Below the pieces are notes generated by a model. The model saw only the letters and a program-made list of their open reading frames with translations, was not told the origin of the DNA and ran no database searches. 64,000 bases of DNA from positions 3,035,826-3,099,825 of the forward strand of contig BDGG01000002.1 of NCBI GenBank assembly GCA_001949185.1, written 5' to 3'. Of this stretch, positions 1 to 12,939 are shown in pieces. This DNA comes from Ramazzottius varieornatus (Eukaryota; Animalia; Tardigrada). Positions within the stretch are counted from its first letter, which is position 1. Every line of letters begins with the position of its first letter. The position numbers and the translations under genes were made by a program.

Positions 1-9
1 TATCTTTAG

Positions 10-2040
10 GTCCCGAACACTGGGAGAGGATTGCTGAAGCAGAGCTTAAACGAGCGCTCGGGACACAGAAGATCGAGAAGCGGCCCAAAAACGTCGTCTT
101 CTTTCTGGGTGACGGCATGGGTATCACGACGCGCATCTATAAATGGCAGCTGTATGGCCAAAACGGAGAAGAAGGCAGCCTATTCTTCGAGAAGTTTCCC
201 CACGTCGGGCTTTCCAATATATAATTTATTTGAAGTGGCAAATCTTTTAGGATTTATTGCACTCTAGCGGGACGACAGTACCGGTTGATGGTTCAAAGCT
301 GACTGTTTGGAACGCTAATCGTACTTTGCCTTTTGCCAACGTATCAATTACCCACTGTGGCTTCGTCCCCAGACGTACAATGACGATGCTCAAGTTCCGG
401 ATTCTGCTGGTACTGCCACGGCGTTCTTATGCGGACAAAAGGCAGCTTTGGGCGTGATCGGACTGAACAGTAACGCCAAGTTGGACGTGTGTTCCACTGC
501 CGCGGGTAACGAAATGTCCTCCATTCTGGAATGGGCTCAGGAAGCCGGCAAAACTACTGGTTTGGTGACCACCACCAGGATCACCCATGCCACACCTGCC
601 GGCACTTACGCTTACACACCCAACCGCGACTGGGAGTATGATGGCGAGATCCCTGCAGCTGACCGAGGAAGATGCAAAGATATCGCGACACAGCTTATCG
701 ACAGCGAACCTGGCAAAAATATCCGAGTGAAAAGCCCTTCTGGCTGGAACGACTGTTGTGTTCAATGTCAGGCATAAATTCCGTCCATTCAAATTTCAAT
801 CAATCAAGCACATCTGGTTTACTGAGACTGAGTAGTAAAAACTAGCTTTTGCAAGTCGGGTTTTATATCAGTTTTCGATATTAGGCTTCGGTTGACTTTT
901 GTCGCTTGATTAATCGTTAAGTACGTAAAGTATACCCAGACTGAATACAGCACTGGCTGGAGCATTTGGGCTCATATGCTTCTTCTGTACACGGGCAAAT
1001 GTTTCGTTGCTCTCCTCAGGTTATATTTGGAGGACGGCGAAGGATGTTTCTCCCCAAGGCCGGCTCCAGTCCGCACGGAAATGGTAGTCGTCAGGATGGT
1101 GTGGACCTGATTGACCGATGGATTACCCAGAAAGCTCAGACCAAGTTTTTCTATGTCACCAACTTTACCGACATGAACCAGCTGGAGCCTGCCAATACGG
1201 ACTACGTTTTTGGACTCTTTAACAACGACCACATGAACTACGAGTTAGAACGAAACAAGACGACCAACAACGCCAACCGAGAACCCTCTCTAAAAGAGAT
1301 GACGGAAAAGGCTATCGACATTCTTCTCCGGCATGGCGACGGGTTCTTCTTGGCGTTCGAAGGGGGGAAGATTGACCACGGCCACCATGCGGGAAAGGCC
1401 AAACTGGCCATGTATGACGTGTTGGCGTTCGATGAAGCAATTGAGGTGGCAGTGAACAAGCTGGGAACAGAGGAGACCCTGTTTGTGGTGACGGCAGACC
1501 ATTCGCACAGTCCTTCCATGGGCGGCTACGCTAAACGAGGTAAAGCGACCCAGGGCTAAATATCGGAATCTGAGCAACGCAGATCCAGCATGTCAAATGA
1601 CTGTCTTAGAAAATAACGCAAAAGGATTCTGCTACATTCATCGTTTCTTTTTCTAACTTAGGAAACTCTATTTTGGGTTTCGGTGGCGCAGCTAACACCA
1701 CAGGGACCGTTTTTCCCAACGAAAATGTTCCGTACCTGACATTGGCCTACGCCAACGGCCCAGGAGGTGGTCTGTGGTTCACAGGCAACTACACGGATCC
1801 GGCTAGCATACTCCCTATTGGACCAGGTGCAAGCACATACCGTGGTGAAGGCTTTCTCAGTTCACAGTTTTTCCGCTGTTACTATCCTAAATGTTCTTGC
1901 TTGTTTTATAGAGGATGACGGTTTCATTCAAGATGCCGGTATCCCGCTGAGTTCCGAGACTCTCTGCTCTTTGCTCTGATTTTCTGTTTCGCAGTGCTTG
2001 TTTGTTGCCGGCATTACTGGAAATTTCTCGGCTAGCCTAC
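10..2040 (+). pseudogene. Alkaline phosphatase (metazoan ALP type), multi-exon, probably defective; 5' end outside window
   Basis: Exons translate to KNVVFFLGDGMG, FEKFPHVGLS, TYNDDAQVPDSAGTATAFLCG (catalytic Ser), TTTRITHATPAGTYAY, EPSLKEMTEKAI, EGGKIDHGHH, VTADHSH, LAYANGPG and IPLSSET. Lesions: about 4 codons missing after GMGITT, no GT donor after GLS, and HGGEDV absent after SET. Confidence 0.85.
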
Positions 2041-2166
2041 CAATTTTTTTATAGCACAGTCACTACGTCCGCTTATCAGGTTTTAGGATTACAAACAAAA
2101 TTGATGTTAGCGATGTCAATGTGTCAAAAACCCAGCGGACCGTAAGGTACAGTATAAAGTAAGTTA

Positions 2167-2634
2167 TCAGCCTATTCCGGTAACAGGGTAAATTTTTTCT
2201 GGAGCGGCGCGTGGTGCATCCTGCATCAGGAACTTGGTTGGTTCTTGAACCTTGGGATTTCCGATCTCCAGGCTAAACTCCTGCGGTGGTGGTGGAATTT
2301 CAATGCCCGGTATCGCCAAGGCTGAATTCTGTAGACCACTTCCTCCAAGGCCTTGCGCAGCTGTAAAACGTTTTGCGTTGCAGACGACAAACCGGAAGTG
2401 TACAGTAACCGAATAAACAGTAACACAGAGTAACTGTTGAGCAGCTTGAGACTTACCTGAGCTTGTTTTCGACTGCAGTAAGAGCAGAAGAAGGATGGAT
2501 TCTGCCCCGTTACTACTAAAAGTTGTTGCAGGAATATTGATGGGAATACGATGCGCATGCGGTCGGCGTTCCGAAGACCCGCTGCTGGAATCTCCACCTC
2601 GCACTTGCGGTCTCAGCACACCTATGCTGTCCAT
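2167..2634 (-). CDS. Possible small spliced gene of unknown function (3' exons)
   Basis: 155-aa ORF containing a CAG/GTAAGT donor (~2455) and a TTACAG acceptor (~2362) that splice in frame; no recognisable motif. Confidence 0.25.
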   Translation of the reverse strand: MDSIGVLRPQVRGGDSSSGSSERRPHAHRIPINIPATTFSSNGAESILLLLLLQSKTSSGKSQAAQQLLCVTVYSVTVHFRFVVCNAKRFTAAQGLGGSGLQNSALAIPGIEIPPPPQEFSLEIGNPKVQEPTKFLMQDAPRAAPEKIYPVTGIG

Positions 2635-3347
2635 TCTCTTGCAGCGAAAAAGAAACTAAGAATTCCTGCGGATCTACGTTGAGTGGCTACATCTACAGTC
2701 TACCGAAAAGGCTCTCGGATCTTGCCGGAGCTTTCCATCAGCGATTCTGTTTACGTCGATGGAAAGAGCGGTTGTCCAGAGGTATCGTTGTCAGATTTGG
2801 TAACGTCGTTGGCATGTTTACAGCGTATAGGTGCCGTATCAGTTACCGTTTATTTACACCATTGTTCGTGTACCCCAATGCGATGGTAAACGTAAAAGGT
2901 TGTCTCACTTCCTTGTTCACAAACATTGCTCATTGCTGTTGCATTTTGGGTATAAAATGTGTCATCCGACTGAAAAACTTTAAAATTCTACACTCAACCG
3001 GAAATCAGGGTTTTGCACATACGAGTGACTTTCCAGTCAGGTTACTCGCTAGTGTGAAAGCTTGCAGTGCTGTATTCCAGCGTGGTTATATGCATCAAGC
3101 TGACATGAGCCATCAGACAAGCACTTAAACTTGAACCAAAAGTGATAAGAGTTGAACTTATCGCACCTTCGTACCGCAAACTGTGCGAAGGGACAATCAC
3201 GGCAGATCCGGTTACGCACTTGTAATTTTGCTCTAATGCGCCACTTTGACCAACACTACTATGAACTTATCCTGATCCTCAGTTGTTACTGGTCGATACC
3301 GAACAGTTATTTGGCAGCGAGTTAAAGCCAAATCTAGAAGATTTACG

Positions 3348-4277
3348 ATGTCGACTGCACTGGACCTGGCCCTCCTCCGGGTGTCAGGTAAGTCTCGTTT
3401 CCATTTCCCATCGGTTCGGAATGTCGCTGCGTCGTATGACTCGTATCGGCTGCAGTACGGTCGTTTTTGTAGAACCAGAAGTAAGACAGTTGCTCCAAGC
3501 CTGTCAAGAGGTGAAGAAGCGAGCTTATTCGGTTTACAGCAATTTTAGGGTCGGCGCCGCGCTTATCACGGAACGGGACCGCCACATTATCACAGGTAAA
3601 CTTTGACGACGTAAGTTCACGTAACAGGTATATCGTTTCCTCCCAGCTGTCCACGTTGTGTTCAAACCGAGTTAGCAAACACAAGTCATTGCAGGTTGTA
3701 ATGTCGAGAACGCTTCCTACGGACTCACGGTCTGCGCCGAACGAGCCGCCATTTGCCAGGCGGTGTCCAGAGGATACCGAGAATTTTCCTGCATTGCCGT
3801 CACATCGTGAGTACCGAAAAATAACTCCTTTTCCAAGTAGAAATTGTGAGGCACCGTGTGAGCATATCGGTCTGTGCAACAGTAAGCATAAGGAAGTATC
3901 TTCCTCGTCCGGACTGTGTACTGTATATCCTGATCCTTGAGCGATAGCGCGCCGATAGGAACGCTGATTCCGAATTGTTTCTACAAATGATTAGTAACAA
4001 CGTTGTCGTCTCATTCCGATTCACGCTTTTTGCTTACAGAGACGTTCAAGGAGTTTACTGTACACCTTGTGGAGCTTGCCGGCAGTTTATCGCAGAGTTT
4101 TCGCCTGAAGGTTACGTCCTTCTGGTTCAACCCGGCCTCTCTGAAGACGAGTACCTCAAAGGGAAAGGCGCTCAGATCGTCGCAGTGAGCAGCTTACTTC
4201 CGTCCGGATTCACCCCAGCGGACCTGCATTTACCGAAACACAAAGAACAGGACGTCACCGAAACCATCCAACTCTGA
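3348..4277 (+). CDS. CDA: Cytidine deaminase (homotetrameric CDA type), 4 exons
   Basis: Spliced product contains [31 protein letters not shown] and [13 protein letters not shown] (Zn ligands and catalytic Glu); canonical GT-AG introns; AATAAA at ~4300. Confidence 0.95.
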
Positions 4278-4559
4278 ATTTATTCCACCATTATCCCCCA
4301 ATAAACAAATTTTTTCTTCAATATTTATTATATTGTTTGGTGCAGTATAAGGAACATTAATGGTAACCCAACAGCAAACAACTGACCACGAAAGCTGACC
4401 TACACTACTGTCTGTGTTCTGCAAAAGAGGAACAAAAAGAAAACATCACAAAAAGAATCCTCAAAGAGGCAAAACTTATTATGTACAGCATTTTCTCGAC
4501 GAACAATAAAATCACAGGTCATCGCAGCAGCACTTCTGAATCAAACTACATCAACCGTA

Positions 4560-7500
4560 TCACGGAGGAACTGTATTGTAGGAAAGGCCTTGTTCAAACG
4601 AAACTTTGGCTTCTTTACCGGTTAGCTTCGGGTTCGTCAGTACTATCGGGCTGGACGATGACAAGTCTCCGTCTGACAAGGAACTTTTTGATGCATCGTC
4701 AGCTTTAGTTTCATCATCCTCGATTGATTCAACATCATCGCTGGACTCGCTAGTCGAAGGGGACGAACTATGCTTGCCGGTACCGGCCACGATCTGCGCC
4801 AAATCGGTGAAGCTGTACTGCACACCGGGCACCGTATCGTCGATGGCGAGTGCGCGAGAGTGCTGTGACGCCAGTGTCACACCTGGTCGGTGAAGGTTAC
4901 CTTCTTCTCGGGCGAACAGCTCGTCCATCCGACCTTTCATGACATCTTCCGTGAAGAAACTCCTAAAAAGTAAACATGGTAAGAACCTAGTAAGATGCAG
5001 TAACCTGCATACTCGGGTACTATGACAAGCTGTTAGCTAGTTGTATGCAGGTTCATGACGCAGAGGTCTTTCAAACACCTGCATACAGTCAACCGCCTGT
5101 TTACCACAGACAAGAAGTATTCAGGTGTCTGCAAAAATATGATGTTGCACGTACTTTCCGTAATCGTAGCCCATGGTGCAAATTAAGTCGAACTTCTTGA
5201 AGTCTAGAGTCTTGAAACTCTCGATAGGCGGTCTGACATACACGCAATAGTCGGACTTCTTCACGATCTCCAGCGTCCGAACACAGCTGACATACGCCAG
5301 TCTTGTCTGGACTTCGGCCATGGTGGGTACTCTCGGCTGGTTACCGAAAGGAAACCACCGCTTGAAAAGCAGCCACCAACCGGAGAGCTCGTCCCCATAA
5401 TTAGTTAGATCATAATCGTCCTAATAAAAAAAACCACATCAGTTATCGTAAAATAAATAAAGGGTTGTGGAATGTGAAAGGACATACCTGGCTGCCGACG
5501 TCAACGGCGAAGATGAAGTTGGCGCCTTGCTGTTGCATGACATCAGCTGGCAGGTTGTTGACGTAGCCACCATCGAGCAGGAGATGGCCGTCAGCGGGGT
5601 CGCACAGAGGAGGAAGGTAACCGGAGAGGGACATGCTAGCGCGAACGTAACGCCACAGATCGCCGACTTTGTGGACGCGCATCGATGAGGAGGAGATATC
5701 GGTCGTCACTGTAAAATACGGTATCCACAAATCCTACAAAAAACCCCCTAATTTCTCTTCAAGCTGATGATCATCACTGTAAGCTCTTTATGAGATAATG
5801 TGACAAGATTACGATACATGAGAAGTGTACTTCAGGCTGTTTTTCCTACGGTATATTCACTATAGCACTTGAGCATACTCTTGCTCACCTCGACTTGTCT
5901 GTCTTTGAACGTGTTTTCAACCTCTCTGTTGAACGCTGTGCCTTTGAACATGGCTGTGTACGGGTAAGTCAGGTCGAGGATTTGCTTCCACAGCACATTC
6001 ATGCCGAAGAACCACGAACGTGCCCGTTGTATTACCGCCGTGATATTCCGTTCTTCCGCCCACAACCCAGACACAAACGCCCCTGCAAAAAGCACCGATC
6101 ACGAACCATTCGCCTTAGCTTTGTTCAACTGAAATCTTCTACCGATACTCGTGCCACCGATCATGTCGATCGGCACTTCCGACTCCATCATGGCCTTGAT
6201 GACACCCACATGCGCCGCTCCACGAGCGCCGCCACCACCCAGCACCAGACCAACCGCCTTGCCCATGAGGACCCTTCCTAGCCTTGAGAAGTCAGAGAAC
6301 TTATCGGCAATGCTGTCCTTCTTTTGTGTGTAGTAGTCTTCGAACCAGCCCGGTGACTTGGACAGGAACATCCGCTTGGTACACTTGACGTGGTGGTGTG
6401 AGGAGACCCAGCCGCGCATGTTGAGCCAGGCCGCTGTGTCTTTTGGAACAACCGTCTCTGGTCGATGGAGGAGAACGAGCTTCTTCTCGGCACGAAGGTC
6501 CATTGCGTCAAGCTGCTTCTCCAAATGCCCCACCTGCAAAAGAGGATGCTAACTACTCCATAACGGGTATCATTTTCGATTGTGATACGAACTCTCACAG
6601 CAAAATGCTGAAACAAACCGTTTCTGCACCATCATAAAAATCATGTGGAAGGCAAGTCTGATCTACGGAATGTGACGATATCAGTATCAACGTCAAACTC
6701 AATAGGGAACAGCTTCTTATTGACCATTCTACGATTAGTATTACTTATGCGAATTACCGTTGGCTTCCGGTCGCCGTTTGCGATGATGAGGATACAGTCG
6801 GCTTGTCGGAGGCATTGCTTCGTCCAAGTTGTCATCGTCTGGTCGCAGTGGAAAAGGACCATTCTGTGAGAGTCTTCTTGGTGTCCCAACCACAAGGCCA
6901 ACCTACAAAAAAGGTGAGACGCCATTGTAGCTAATTTCGTTCAAGAAGTTCCAGGAGGTAACGAAGAAGGCTTTACCGGTCTTCGTTGACAGGGTCGAGT
7001 GCCGCCGGTCCCAGTATTTCCTCGACTTTGCGACTACTCAAGCACAGCGTACTGCCCATTTCGTTCATGGCAGCTTCCATCTCCAGACAGAAGGGGACAA
7101 TCGGGACGTCGGAACTGACAGCCACAATGGCCACCGTGGAAAGGTTGGGTGTCAGCATCTGCTTGTCCTGGGTACCCATCAGCTTTTGCTGCATCTGACC
7201 GAACATCTTTGTGCCCAGGATGTTGATTAATCTACTGACAACCTAAAACAGAAGCCAATCAAGAGTAACCCATCAAAATCGACCCAAATCGCGAGCCGGA
7301 AGACCGGCAGATAAAGCAAAAGCCCTTTTCATGTACCTGCATACACATGTACGGTCAGAATAACGGCACGCGCGTATGCAGGATATGACACTCCAGTATT
7401 TCCGGCCCGCCAGCCTTAGAGTTCCTAGTCAGAATCTAGTCTTACCTTTGGGTATTTTAGTTTGATAAATTCGAGGACATGTGTCGGAATTTTCGCGATT

Positions 7501-10500
7501 TCCGAGTCCCTCACAGCAATGACAGTCGTCATTCTGGGTTTGTGTACAGATACTTCCGCCAGACCTAGCAAGTCGCCTCGTGCGTACTCACCGGTGGGCT
7601 CCTTGCTACCGTCCTGCTTCTTGACCACGGACCGGACTCTTCCGTTGAGTATCACGAACACCGAGTCGGCTTCCTCACCCTGCCGGTAGATAGCTCGACC
7701 AGATTCGACCTGCTCCCAGTCCAGGGCGAAGTCAATCTGCCGGACAAAGCCAGACATACGTTCGGAGAAACAGTGTGCGGTCGTCAAGATGATCTGCGGA
7801 TTCTCCCGCAGCAAGTCAAAGAAATCGGACCTGCAAAAACGTACTTCAGGTTGTTTATGTACCAACCGTAACTTACGTCACATTTCGACGCAAGAAACAA
7901 CGAAGAAATAGCGAAACGATGAAGTCGACTGAGAGACGAGGGAACTCCAGCACGCTCCTACATACAAGATCCCGAGCTTCAAGAGGAGAACATGTATGCA
8001 GCAGCGTGAGCATCTTTGGATTTATGAGGCCCTGGAGTAGACCTGGCAATGGTGTGGTTTTACCTTACCACACCACACCGAAAAAAACCACACTTTCTGG
8101 TTTCCGAGGACACCACATTACACCAAACCGAAAAACTTCTGGTGCACCATTTCGTAGGAAGGCATGCCTTGATCGGGAACTAAGGCGGAGCATGACACGC
8201 TTTGAGTGGCCAAATATACAGGGAAAACCGACAGGACCAGTAGAATTAAGCATACTGACGTCAGGTTTAGCTTCGGAGTGTGCATTGTTGTCATTCGGTT
8301 TCTGTTTGTACATCTGTGTTACGCCAAGGTTTGCTCCCTAGCGGTTATTAACTACAACTTTTGCTTTTTCTGTTTTTCGAATTGGTGTGGTGTGGTGCAC
8401 CAAAAGAGTTGTGTCCGATTCACATCACACTAAAAAAAGTGGTGTGACTTTCGCACCGAAAAAGTAGTTTCGGTGTGGAAGAACACCAAACCAAAAAACA
8501 CCACACCACACTTAATCACACTATTGCCACGTCTACCCTGGAGATGTCAGTGCAGACAACTTCTTACCGTGTTATGACGAGGACTTTGGACAGTTGTTTG
8601 GCTCGAATGTTGAACAAGCTGGGTTCGCCCGTGAGAACAGCCAGCGTTCCCACAATCTCACCAACATTGGCGACGAAGAGGTGCGTGTTACGATCAGCCA
8701 TTCGATGATCGGCGATCTTCTGCGAGACGTTGAGACTACCACTGACCACGTAGTACAGCGAGGAATCGTGGTCGAACTCGTGAGTCAGGTACATGCCTAA
8801 AAATCTTTAGATGAATCCGAATATCGAGAAGAGTATTCAACGTCTTTCGTACCTGCTTGTACTCTTTTGTATGTGACGCGATCTTCCAAGCCGGAAGCAT
8901 CCTTCAAACCCAAGATCTCGATGAGATCTCGCCGAGCTCTTCTTGACTCATTGTCTTCGTTCAGTATAGCATCTTCGAAGCAGGAAACCGAACGAACCTT
9001 ACGGTAGGCTTCTCGACCAGACCGTTCTTTAAAGCTCGAAGAAAATCGCTGGAATGAACGACAGAATTTTTTCCACAAATCCTTATTTCAGAATGTTTTA
9101 TGATTGCTTTTATGCTGATTTTTTCTGGGTGATGAATTGTGTGAGTTTTATACTTTGCCCTCCAGGTATGCGAGCTCGTCTTCGCTGCTCCGAATGGGGC
9201 TGATGTTGCGTCTGACGGACGTCGCTTGGGGTGGTGTATAAAGTGGCGCGTGCGAGACGACCGAAACGCTGCGTTCTTTGGCGTATTTTCCATTATGCGG
9301 AGACACGTGATCGACTGTATCTGTCAGCAAACAAAAACAAGATGGTTATTTATACTTCTTTACAACACTCCCATGAGCGAATCAGCCTTGCTATCGACGT
9401 CAGCGACGACCGTTGTGGCGTGTTTGGCATATGGCGACGTAAGGAGGTGTGTTTGGTCTATCACACCGTGGCATCAAACAAGTTCAACTACTCGACCACA
9501 TAACCCATCACATCGAACAAAACAACACACGGAAAAAATTTCCCAAAATATTATTTTTGCCGAATAATTTCTTTAAATCTCATATCGTAAAGATCAAGAG
9601 AAACTGTCCTCGAAATTCCAACAGCTCTTCTTTTTGAATTAGCTTACGAATGGGGCTGTTCATCGGAGCATTTGCCGGTGCGAACGCCGACTTATCCGTC
9701 CTCATCAGCTCGTGGGTTAGTCCCAGGTAGTCCCGCAACGCGGAGAAGGTAACTCTCTGGAGCCTCGTCATGATCAGTTGCACTACTCTGACCAGCGCTT
9801 CCGGGTTTCTCGCCAGAACTTCCCCGAAAGCACTAACCGGCATTCTGACCACTGTACTCGGCTCTAACGCCCTCGAAGTCACAGTCCTGCAAATAAAGCA
9901 CATTGGTACTGTGACATCTTCGCAAAACCGAGTGGGGAAATAGCTACCTGAAGGGCCTTTCGGTGCCAGCGAGAACGTCCAGTATGGACAACATCGACGT
10001 GATGTTCTCTCCGGCTTTGACCTCTTTTAGCGGCATCTCGCGTTTGAATTCCATGTCTGTGATATAAACGAGGATCCTACCCCGTTGCACCATGTAGACC
10101 GAGTCATCTTTGTCTCCGGGTTGAAAGAGTAACTGACCAGTGTCCACTTCGAGTGAGACCATCTGCCGACAGAGTTCGAGAAACACCGGCTCTTCCAGAT
10201 GGCCGAAAAGTCGAATAGCTCGCATCATCGAGACAACTTCCGGTGGGAATTTCGACTTGGTTTGGCCGGACTGCAGTTCTTCCAGGTAGGAGGCTGGAAG
10301 CTCCTTGTGAAGCAACCTGGAGAAGGCGAAATATTGTGTACCCATTTTTACCGATTGAGTAACGCACATATACGGTATGAACAGCTGTAACAACGCGCAA
10401 CTTCAGTATACTGGCGTAAAAAGAAACGTTGATCAACTCGAAAACGCGCCATCCTTAACGAATCAATAGAACCTTGAAGCTTTTTGCATGGTTTGAGCTG

Positions 10501-11549
10501 AAATAACGAGTATTGTGTTGAATTTTCACTAGTTTTATGCCCTAGAGGGTATTATGTAACGTTCTTGTGGAGGGGATGAGCTTGAAAGATAGTGTTACTT
10601 AGTGTAATCAGGGTTGCGAAACTTTCTTGAGTGGAAAGTAGTTGAAGGCCGCCAGCTGATTTGGCACGTGTGGCGACTTGTTTACGATAGGGCGTAATGA
10701 TACCCTCCATCACGAGGGCTGTTCGAATAGTTAAGAAGAACGATGGCATTACAGAAACTTGAAAGTAGCAGAGAGTAAAGTGGGAGATCTACCGGGGAAT
10801 GGCAACATCGCTGGCACGCCGCTGGAACTTGCTGCGTAGCCTCACGCTGGCGCGGTTGATGAAATTCTTGGCGATCTTCTCCACTATCTGCTTGCTCTTC
10901 AGCCGTGTTTGCTTCCCCGACGGCGTCTCGGCATATTGCAGGGAATTCACTTTACTTAACCATTTGTTGTAGTAGAAACGGACCTAAAAGAAACGCAGGA
11001 AAATAAAATTAGAAATGGTCAGTCGAAGACTTGTTACACGTTAACGGCAGATACAAAGCAACCGTTCCTCTCGCACCTGCATATTGCAAAACACCTCAGA
11101 CAACAATACGATTGTTTGCTAGTGCACGACTCACGTATCGTACAGCCCTATTTGGGTCGCACATGACGTCATCGACAAAGCGGGAAACCACCGTTGGAGG
11201 GCAACTGCACCGTGACGTCGCAGAGAGCAGACGCCTTGACCAACAATCAACTCACCTTTTCTTTTCTGGGGAATTTTCGGGTATTAGTTCTGACAGCGTT
11301 TTTCGTTTCTTCCTTCTCCAGCTTTTTCTTCCCCCAACTTGTCCATTTTTTCCGCTTGATGATAAGCGCGGTAAAACATGTAGCGCCAGCGAGCAGAAGA
11401 GAGATGAAAAGGAACCAGTTATCCGGAACTGCGGGTTCGGAAGCGAGGGAGAAATACGGAAAGGACTCCGAGACGGTATAGTCTGGCATTATTGATGGGA
11501 TATTTTCCCAACGAAGATGAGAAACGATTGCCTGTAGGTAGGCCGCCAT
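4560..11549 (-). CDS. sws: Neuropathy target esterase / patatin-like phospholipase 6/7 (swiss cheese), multi-exon
   Basis: N-terminal TM helix ([20 protein letters not shown]); cNMP-binding domains ([38 protein letters not shown]); patatin motifs GGGGARG, GTSIG and [16 protein letters not shown]. Confidence 0.95.
8038..8535. mobile_element. hAT-type MITE in an NTE intron
   Basis: TIRs TAGAC(C/G)TGGCAAT; 8-bp TSD CCCTGGAG at 8030-8037 and 8536-8543; CACAC/GTGTG subterminal repeats. Confidence 0.9.
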
Positions 11550-12939
11550 CACATTGAGGGAGACTGATCGGCAACAATATCAAGTCGACTGGTACGACAC
11601 CGTAATCGCATCTCCTGATATCGAGGGCCTCGAACGAGGATTGTCCAACCCAAGAGCCCAAATATCGCATGAATTGTTGATGTAGACTATAACGGCGTGT
11701 CCCTTCCACACGGATCATGGATATCAGGAAAAAAACCAAAGATGCTCTCGGAAGATGACGATTGACGAGACTGTCGATTAAACGTTTCCAAAATACACAA
11801 TCGGACTTACTGTACATGAGCTGCTAAAGGGGGCCTTGCCGGAACGTCAAACACACTGATTGAGCGATTGATTGATTACGTTCCGCTAACAAATAGGTAG
11901 GACCGATACGGATACGTCATACGTTGGTCATATACAGTACGTAATGTGATGTAATCTACTAACAAAACTCAAGATGAGCTCTTTATTCAATCAAGGAATC
12001 CCAGCAACAGAAGAAAACCGTCTCGCCCAACAAAAGCAACCGCTGGGGTGCAATAAGGGTGAGCGTACACATTAGCAACTGTTCTATCATGACTCAACAA
12101 ACGCCTTTTTCGACGGCCTGCGTTTTTGGCAGGCCATGTCAAGTAAAGGCCTTTTAGCAGCACTCCACTGCAATCGGAGCTCCACTAGCTCAGGTCACAC
12201 CCACGGAATCTCTAGCAGTAATGAACGCCTGGGACATATCCCACGCGGCTGCCGTACTACCAGGGGAAAATAAACCTGACGCGGACTGTTCGGCGCGAAG
12301 TGATCGACTACAGTATGGCTATAGCGAGGTGCGGTACGATACACATGTCAGCTGGGTGTAACCGTCGTAACGCAGTATCCAATTGTTATTCTCACTGCAG
12401 TGTTGTTCCGATTATTGTAATACATAATTGAAAATGGATGATTTTGGCCTTTTTGGAATTCCGATACAACAATGAAAAACTGAGAAGCTTTTGCCAACGT
12501 ATTTCGATTTGAATCGGAATCCAAATTCAAATGAGAAATGATCAGTGTATTTTAATTCATAATTCAAATCATACAAGGGCGTAATTCAAATAAGCATAAT
12601 CGGAATAAGACACTACGGTCGATTTGAATTGCGCATTAGTACCGCGAAACTGCAAGTTCAAGTGCGCCGGTTGAATCTACAGCTGTCAGCGTCAAGCCCG
12701 CATCGCCAATCTACCCCGGGACTATAGCGCATTCAGAGGCGGGCAAATCGGGGCTCATTTTCGCTGTCTGCCTCACTGCCTCTTACGATTGCTTATCATT
12801 GATCGTTGATTTGATGAGGAGATAAATTCGAAAAGCATCGCCGGAAGTGAAGCCGAAGAGTTTTTGAGTGGCTTTGTGATACGTTCAGATTCCACCGCTG
12901 ATCTGTGTTATTCCAAGTTTTCATACTGACATCTCAATC

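Noticed and set aside
10545-10707. Short inverted repeat GAGGGTA.. / ..TACCCTC in an NTE intron
   Set aside because: The match is too short and has no TSD; it cannot be supported as an element.
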